From positions 11,182 to 75,181 of IMG/VR virus record IMGVR_UViG_2974794339_000001: 64,000 nt of DNA, one strand, 5' to 3'. Under the pieces are notes generated by a model. The model was not told the DNA's origin, made no database searches, and saw only the letters and a list, made by a program, of their open reading frames with translations. The position numbers were made by a program, and so were the translations under genes. Below, one piece after another: positions 59,011 through 64,000 of this stretch. Position 1 is the first letter of the stretch; each line of letters starts with the position of its first letter. The stretch comes from a virus. Lineage: Duplodnaviria; Heunggongvirae; Uroviricota; Caudoviricetes; Thumleimavirales; Hafunaviridae.

Positions 59011-59392
59011 TCTCATACTGTTACCAGCTCAGGCTTCGCTTCGTGGGTCGGTTCTGCCGTGGGAGCCAAGCTTAGCTTGGGGCCGCTCGGTTCCCTCGTT
59101 ACCATCACGGCTCCCGCCGCTGGTGGGTCATCGTCGTCGCCCCCTCCGCCCCGTGGATTGATTTCGAGAAGCGGATTCGCGTTGCTCTCGTCGTCGTCGC
59201 TCCCATCGTTCTCGGCGGATTGTTTGGGCAAGAATGTCACCACTCAAAGGTGTGCTACTTTCTCCATCGGGTCGTTGAAGCCGTCCAGTTCGTCCATATC
59301 GAAGCCGGGAGTGTCTCGGTCGTCGTAACTTGCCGCGTCGTTCATCTCGGGGTCGTGGAAGTCGGGGTAGTAGTTGTCGTACATCGTTCTCG

Positions 59393-59683
59393 TTAGAGGT
59401 CGTTCAGGGCGTTTTCCAGCTCTCGGTCGAACAGCGCCACCAGTTGCTCGATGTATTGTCCGTCTCGGGGAATCGGCTCTCGCATCTCCCCGTCGATGCC
59501 TCGAATCAGGTAGGAGTCGTCGCTCGGGATTACCTCGATGCCTCCCCACCAGATTTCGTCGTCGTAGAACTTCGCCACCGAAGCCCGGCGGAGTCGAAGC
59601 ACGTAGTCTCCGACCTTCCGTTCGAGGTCGGGTTCGCTTAGGTCGATACGTCGGTCGTTGCTTGTCGCTGTTGCTACTGCCAT
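59393..59683 (-). CDS. hypothetical protein (start MAVATATSND)
   Basis: Internal ATG preceded by conserved leader GAGTGACACCT. Confidence 0.4.
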   Translation of the reverse strand: MAVATATSNDRRIDLSEPDLERKVGDYVLRLRRASVAKFYDDEIWWGGIEVIPSDDSYLIRGIDGEMREPIPRDGQYIEQLVALFDRELENALNDL

Positions 59684-59714
59684 AGGTGTCACTCGGTAGT
59701 ATGGACTACCGGAA

Positions 59715-59756
59715 GCCCCGCTACGGAGTCGAACCGTAGCTACCGCCTCTCGGGGC
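59715..59756 (-). other. tRNA-like minihelix in 5' leader
   Basis: minus strand GCCCCG-(11 nt)-CTACGG-TTCGACT-CCGTAG-CGGGGC: perfect 6-bp T-arm-like hairpin enclosed by a 6-bp stem. Confidence 0.4.
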
Positions 59757-59969
59757 AAAGGGTTAGAGTTGCTTACTTGAGTCTTTAGAGCCTATGGAAT
59801 CCTCGCCTCCGGTCGGCTCTCTCGGCTCGTTCGAGGTCACAGTACCAGCAGTTACACTCCGGGTTGAACGAATGTGGTTTCTTCATTTGGGGTTAATCGC
59901 ATCGAGTCGTTGTCCCCGAGAAAGGTCTTCACTCTCAAAGACAACGTTTGAGTATTAAGTCTTTGCTGT

Positions 59970-60326
59970 TCACATCCAAGCTCCGGTATAGGCCGCTCCG
60001 CGACCCTCCCGAACCTTTCGCTCGCGTTCCTTCCGTCGTTCCTCCTGCGTTCGGAGGGTCTTGAGCTTCTTACCAGTCCCCCAGTAGGTCGAAACGATGT
60101 ATTCGCTCTTGGGGTCAATCACGACCGTCATTACCGCTCCGCTCCACCTCGTTTCCAGCAGGACGTTTCCGCTATGTCCCTGATAGGCGTCTCCCTCCTC
60201 GATGGCTTGGTCTATCGCTTTCATCGGAATCCGTCGCTCGCGTCGTCGGTTCCCACCGTGGGAACGGGGGTTGTAGTCGTAGCTCGATGCGTCTCGGCTG
60301 AATTGAATCTCGTTCATCGTTGTCAC
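59970..60326 (-). CDS. hypothetical basic protein (118 aa)
   Basis: Clean frame; the overlapping 59852-60118 ORF looks less protein-like. Confidence 0.4.
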   Translation of the reverse strand: MTTMNEIQFSRDASSYDYNPRSHGGNRRRERRIPMKAIDQAIEEGDAYQGHSGNVLLETRWSGAVMTVVIDPKSEYIVSTYWGTGKKLKTLRTQEERRKERERKVREGRGAAYTGAWM

Positions 60327-60652
60327 TCGCTGTCGTGGTAGCTGGAATACCGTCGCTGGTACTTCTCGGCCTTCTTCCGCCGCTCGATTTCCTCGTCACT
60401 CAGGCCGGAACCCTCGAAGCTCTCGGGTTCCGACTTCTTCTCGTGGTGAGGATGAATCTCACTCGGGTCGGGTTCTCCGTAGAGGAACTTCCGCAAGTCC
60501 TCTCCTTTCAGGAGCTTTCCCTCGCGTTTTTCCTCTACTATCGCTCCGAAGGCTCGATGCCTCTGGTCGATTTTGAGGTCGGCGCGGTGGCTCCATTGGT
60601 TCTCCTTCTCGCTATCGGTCTGCCGAACCGTCCCGAGTCGTGGCGAGAACAT
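60323..60652 (-). CDS. hypothetical charged protein (109 aa)
   Basis: Clean frame. Confidence 0.4.
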   Translation of the reverse strand: MFSPRLGTVRQTDSEKENQWSHRADLKIDQRHRAFGAIVEEKREGKLLKGEDLRKFLYGEPDPSEIHPHHEKKSEPESFEGSGLSDEEIERRKKAEKYQRRYSSYHDSE

Positions 60653-60784
60653 TTATTCGCTCGCTTCGCTATCCGCCGCGTTCAGCGCCGCTAACTTGTC
60701 CATCTCCCTCCGGTAATCCTCGTCGCTCAGAGGGTGGGTCAGACTACCAGCGCCGCCGCTACGTCGTGGATACTCTCGTTCCAT
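60653..60784 (-). CDS. micro-ORF (43 aa)
   Basis: ATG preceded by the same GAGTGACACCT leader as the gene at 59683. Confidence 0.25.
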   Translation of the reverse strand: MEREYPRRSGGAGSLTHPLSDEDYRREMDKLAALNAADSEASE

Positions 60785-60796
60785 AGGTGTCACTCA

Positions 60797-60842
60797 CGAT
60801 AGCTTTCGCTATCGTAGGCCCTTCCGGGGAGTCGAACCCCGG
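60797..60842 (-). other. leader hairpins: T-arm-like CCGGGG-TTCGACT-CCCCGG plus CGATAGC-GAAA-GCTATCG tetraloop hairpin
   Basis: Perfect stems; same relative position (between promoter motif and GAGTGACACCT-ATG) as the minihelix at 59715-59756. Confidence 0.35.
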
Positions 60843-60886
60843 AGCCGCCGCTAAGGGTTAATGAAGCGTCTTTGAGTCTTTGCGCC

Positions 60887-61765
60887 TTACTCGGAGTTTT
60901 CGAGCAACTGCTGAAGGAGCGCGTCCTTCTCGCGCTGGCTCATCTCACTCACGTCGGGAACCTCCGGCTCGGGAAGCTCGACGTGTTCCTCGTAGTCCTC
61001 GTAGTTGATACTAACCTCATTCTCCACGATGAACTGAAGGAACGTCTCCCCGAGGTTGTTCCCGATACCCTTCACTTCCGTAGGGTCGAAAAGGTCGTCG
61101 GGGAGGTCGAGGCTGGTGTCACTCTCGCCGTCGCTACCGCTACCGCCGTTGTTCTTATCGCTCGTTTCCGCCGTCTCATCGACTTCGATTTCTCCGAAGT
61201 AGTCACTCAGGAGGGTTTCGAGACGGGCCACGGCTTCCTCGTAAGTCGGGACACTCCCGACCTCGAAGCTATCCGCCGCCTCTTGGCGACCCTCACTTGC
61301 CACTACCGGAACCACAGGTTCCCCGTCGCTGTTGATGGGAACCATCACGGTGTCGCTTGCCTCGATGATGTCTTGCGAGAGCAGTAGCTCACGCTGGAAC
61401 TCATCGACCTCCGCAAGCGGCTTCACATCAATCGAGTCGTACTTGCCGCTAAACTGATTGTATTCAGAAGCGGTGTAATCGGTGGCCTTCCAGAAGGCGC
61501 GACCGATAGAGCCGTCGCTCGGCTCGATGATGTTCGGCTCGATGATGTTCACCTCACGGGGCGCTTCACACCACTTAGCGATTTCACTCTCGCCACCCTT
61601 CTTCACAGAATCCTCTCCGAACGCCTTACGAACCTCGTGAGCGAGGCTCATCACGGAGTGGTCATCCTTCTGAAGAATGTCGTAGAGGTCGCTAACAGGG
61701 TTAGCGCCGAGGGTGTTCACCGTGTTCTCAACGAAGTCGCCGTTGCTGTTGACTTTGACAGACAT
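60887..61765 (-). CDS. hypothetical very acidic protein (292 aa) with HhH-like GIG motif
   Basis: …EVKGIGNNLGETFLQ…. Confidence 0.45.
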   Translation of the reverse strand: MSVKVNSNGDFVENTVNTLGANPVSDLYDILQKDDHSVMSLAHEVRKAFGEDSVKKGGESEIAKWCEAPREVNIIEPNIIEPSDGSIGRAFWKATDYTASEYNQFSGKYDSIDVKPLAEVDEFQRELLLSQDIIEASDTVMVPINSDGEPVVPVVASEGRQEAADSFEVGSVPTYEEAVARLETLLSDYFGEIEVDETAETSDKNNGGSGSDGESDTSLDLPDDLFDPTEVKGIGNNLGETFLQFIVENEVSINYEDYEEHVELPEPEVPDVSEMSQREKDALLQQLLENSE

Positions 61766-62399
61766 AGTTCGTTGGGTGTCACTTACGGCTTATTGGGTCA
61801 GGGAAGCCGCGAGAAAACCTGAATCCGGCTTGAGAAGTCACTAAGTGACTCACTCAAGACCGTTGGGGTTGCTTAGCACGGGGCTTAGCCCCGTAAAGAC
61901 CCTTAATGGGTACACCTTTCGGTGGAACCTTTCTTACCTATCCTTTCCCCCGGTTTACACCGGGGCCGGACATACTAACGACCGTTTTAAACGTGACACA
62001 CATCCCTCAAAGCCGGTTGCTATACGCTACGCTATGTGAACTGCTCACTATGCGGAGCTTCAAACCTCAAAGAGTCTTTCGCGTTAATCGCTACTTTGAG
62101 CTGTTGCTCGGTGGACTAATACGTTCGTCTCTCGCGCCTAATCTGTGGCATAGGTTATTCGTTCCATAGGCTAAGCTACTGCCTATTTTAAGTTGTAACC
62201 GGGGCGAGATTCACATTTCAGTACCCTGTTGGTACTGTATGGCAAGCTATGAGCATTAATGCTCTTAGCGCCGGTTTTCGTCACTCTTTGCCCTAAGGGT
62301 CGGTCTTTGTCCGGGCCAAACTACCCCGTATCACCTGAAATACACACCGGAGCGTATGCTTTCCACCGTGGTAGGTTTCCAGCTACCCCGCCCGCTTAG

Positions 62400-63260
62400 C
62401 GGGCCGGGCCGTTCCGGGTTCGGGCCGTCACTACGAACGGGGGCGAGTTACCCCGTCCCGTCCGTTCGGGCCGTACCTACGACGTACCTCCGGGCGGGCC
62501 GTTCGGGGCCGGGCTTTGCTTACTCAACAGGGAACCCGGTGGCCCACCTTTGGCGTTTCGGGGCTAATCCGTCCCGTTCCGACTCACAAGAGCCTTTCCG
62601 GGCCGTTTCGCCCCACGTTCCTACCCCCGTCCGACCGTTTCGGACGGGTTCCGTTCCCCCGTACTGGGTACGGGCTATGTGTCTTTAAATCAGGTAGCCA
62701 CACCGGATACCCCCGTTGGGGCGACGTAAACACCGACTTACCTAACCGTCCCGTCTCTCGGGGTACTGGGGCGTCAATTCGCCGGGTTCCCCGCTAATCG
62801 CACAACTTTACCAACAGGTGTGTGTCGGGCCTACATTCCGTATCGGGTTCCGTTTCGGCCCGTGGTTCCGTCCGTCCGTCGTACCCCGACCGGGGCCGTT
62901 TCGTCCGAACCTACCCACGGGCCTACTAACCCGCCCCCGACCGTTCGGGGGGAACGTGGTAGTAGTTCCGTCGTAGGGTGGTAGCGTACTGGGGAAACCT
63001 CGGAGGGATACGCATTTGGCGACGTACCCCGCATTTAACGGGTTTCCCGTCTTTGTCCCGGCCCCCGGAGGGGGGCCGTCTTTTTGCGTCCGGGCCACCG
63101 GGGGGCCACCGGAGGGACGGACGCTTAGCGTCCGAACCCCGGAGGGTTCCCCCGACCGTGGGGCCGGGAACGTTCCGACCGTCCGGGCCACCGTAGGCCC
63201 GTCCGACCGGGGCGAACTATCCCGGCCCGCTCCGAGAGGGGCCGGGGCCGCTTTCGTCAA
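62400..63260. repeat. non-coding array of short GC-rich motifs (GGGCCGT[T/C] and CCGTCCG variants, at least 8 copies)
   Basis: No credible ORF (the only tracked ORF is P/G/R low-complexity); strongly C/G-rich, A-poor. Confidence 0.45.
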
Positions 63261-63330
63261 GCGACATTCTACCCAAATGGGGGTAAGTATATAAAGGTTG
63301 TGTAAGATAACCCGAGAAGTCCTATTAATC

Positions 63331-63945
63331 CGGCGAACCCGGAGGATACAAGCCCCGAGACGGACGGATAGGTACGACACAAGAGGGAGTATATCACAAA
63401 ACAGAGAGATATATACAGTAAGAGTATATAAAGGATGAAAACCTGAAAGTGGCAAGCGCGGAGGGTACAAGCCTCGATGCGGTAAAACACGGGTAAAATA
63501 ACCCCACGACAAACACCCACATAGTCAGACACACACCGAATTAACAAAACACCTGTAAGTAGTGATACCGGGGGATACAGCCCCCGAGACGGACAAACAG
63601 AGGTAGCGCGGGCGAGACGGGACGAGACGGAACCCCAACGTACCCCGCGCGGGACGGACGGACGGACGAGAGACGGCCCGTACTTGCCAATCCCGGCGTT
63701 TTCAGGGGGCCGGAGATACCGGATAACGGCCCGTATGGACGGACGGGGAGAGACGGCCCGCGCCGTATCGAGAGACGGACGGGACGGGCCGGAGCGACCG
63801 GAGCGACCGGAGCGACCGGGACGGGACGGACGGGGGCCGGGGCCGGGACGGACGGGGCGGGGAACCAGCTACGAACAGGCAGGCAGGTACGCGCGTAGGG
63901 GCGGCCCACAACGTACATATCCGAGGGTACAAGCCCCCACGACGG
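63331..63945. repeat. four ~25-bp iteron-like direct repeats (GRGGRTACAAGCCCCGAGACGGAC) separated by AT-rich tracts
   Basis: Copies at 63331-63357, 63461-63483, 63570-63594, 63922-63945; spacers contain GTATATAAAGG twice (63288, 63425). Confidence 0.5.
63789..63815. repeat. perfect tandem 9-mer CCGGAGCGA x3
   Basis: Seen directly. Confidence 0.8.
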
Positions 63946-64000
63946 GCCGGGACGGGGGCCGGTTAGAACATTAAGTGTCTTTCCGCACACGCAGTTTAGT

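Noticed and set aside
59852-60118. 88-aa minus-strand ORF overlapping 59970-60326
   Set aside because: Composition (R/S/T-rich) looks like a shadow of the better 118-aa frame.
62808-63512. 234-aa minus-strand ORF in the terminal repeat region
   Set aside because: P/G/R/T low-complexity translation of a repeat-rich GC tract; no start context; region better explained as non-coding repeats.
1-64000. CRISPR arrays, rRNA genes
   Set aside because: No regularly spaced direct repeats with unique spacers and no rRNA-like conserved stretches were seen.

Overview
The window reads as most of a tailed (contractile, myovirus-like) haloarchaeal virus or provirus genome. The evidence is high GC content, a uniformly very acidic proteome and densely packed, translationally coupled genes. 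Layout: (1) 0.1-15.7 kb on the + strand is a complete contractile-tail module. It runs sheath, tube, a chaperone pair with a likely recoding site, tape measure, baseplate hub, gpV-like spike, PAAR-like tip, gp25/gpW-like wedge, J-like and I-like baseplate proteins, then glycine-rich fibers. (2) 17-19.4 kb is a class II (B12-type) ribonucleotide reductase. (3) 19.5-24.9 kb is an accessory island. It holds a fused PD-(D/E)xK nuclease plus gamma-class N6-adenine methyltransferase (Type IIG/IIL-like restriction-modification enzyme). Next to it lie a 46-nt tRNA-Thr(GGU)-like 3' fragment, a tyrosine integrase (candidate attP-int) and a wHTH protein. (4) 25-41 kb on the - strand is a replication and nucleotide-metabolism module. 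It holds RtcB RNA ligase, dCTP deaminase, ThyX, family B DNA polymerase, a Cas4-like Fe-S nuclease, a calcineurin-like phosphoesterase, an archaeo-eukaryotic PrimPol-type primase and a P-loop NTPase. (5) 42.7-45.5 kb is a tRNA region. It contains tRNA-Asn(GUU), a direct repeat of its 3' end that flanks a small nuclease-like gene, further tRNA-like elements, and an SPFH/band-7 protein gene. (6) 46-61.8 kb carries about 40 small - strand genes. Many are Zn-ribbon proteins chained by ATGA/TAATG overlaps, and there is an XPD/Rad3-like Fe-S helicase. (7) 61.8-64 kb is a roughly 2.2 kb non-coding terminus. It has an array of GGGCCGT motifs and four about 25-bp iteron-like repeats separated by AT-rich tracts (candidate packaging site and/or replication origin). 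The same conserved intergenic promoter-like motif family recurs throughout. Several leaders contain tRNA T-arm-like minihelix hairpins. No CRISPR array or rRNA was seen.
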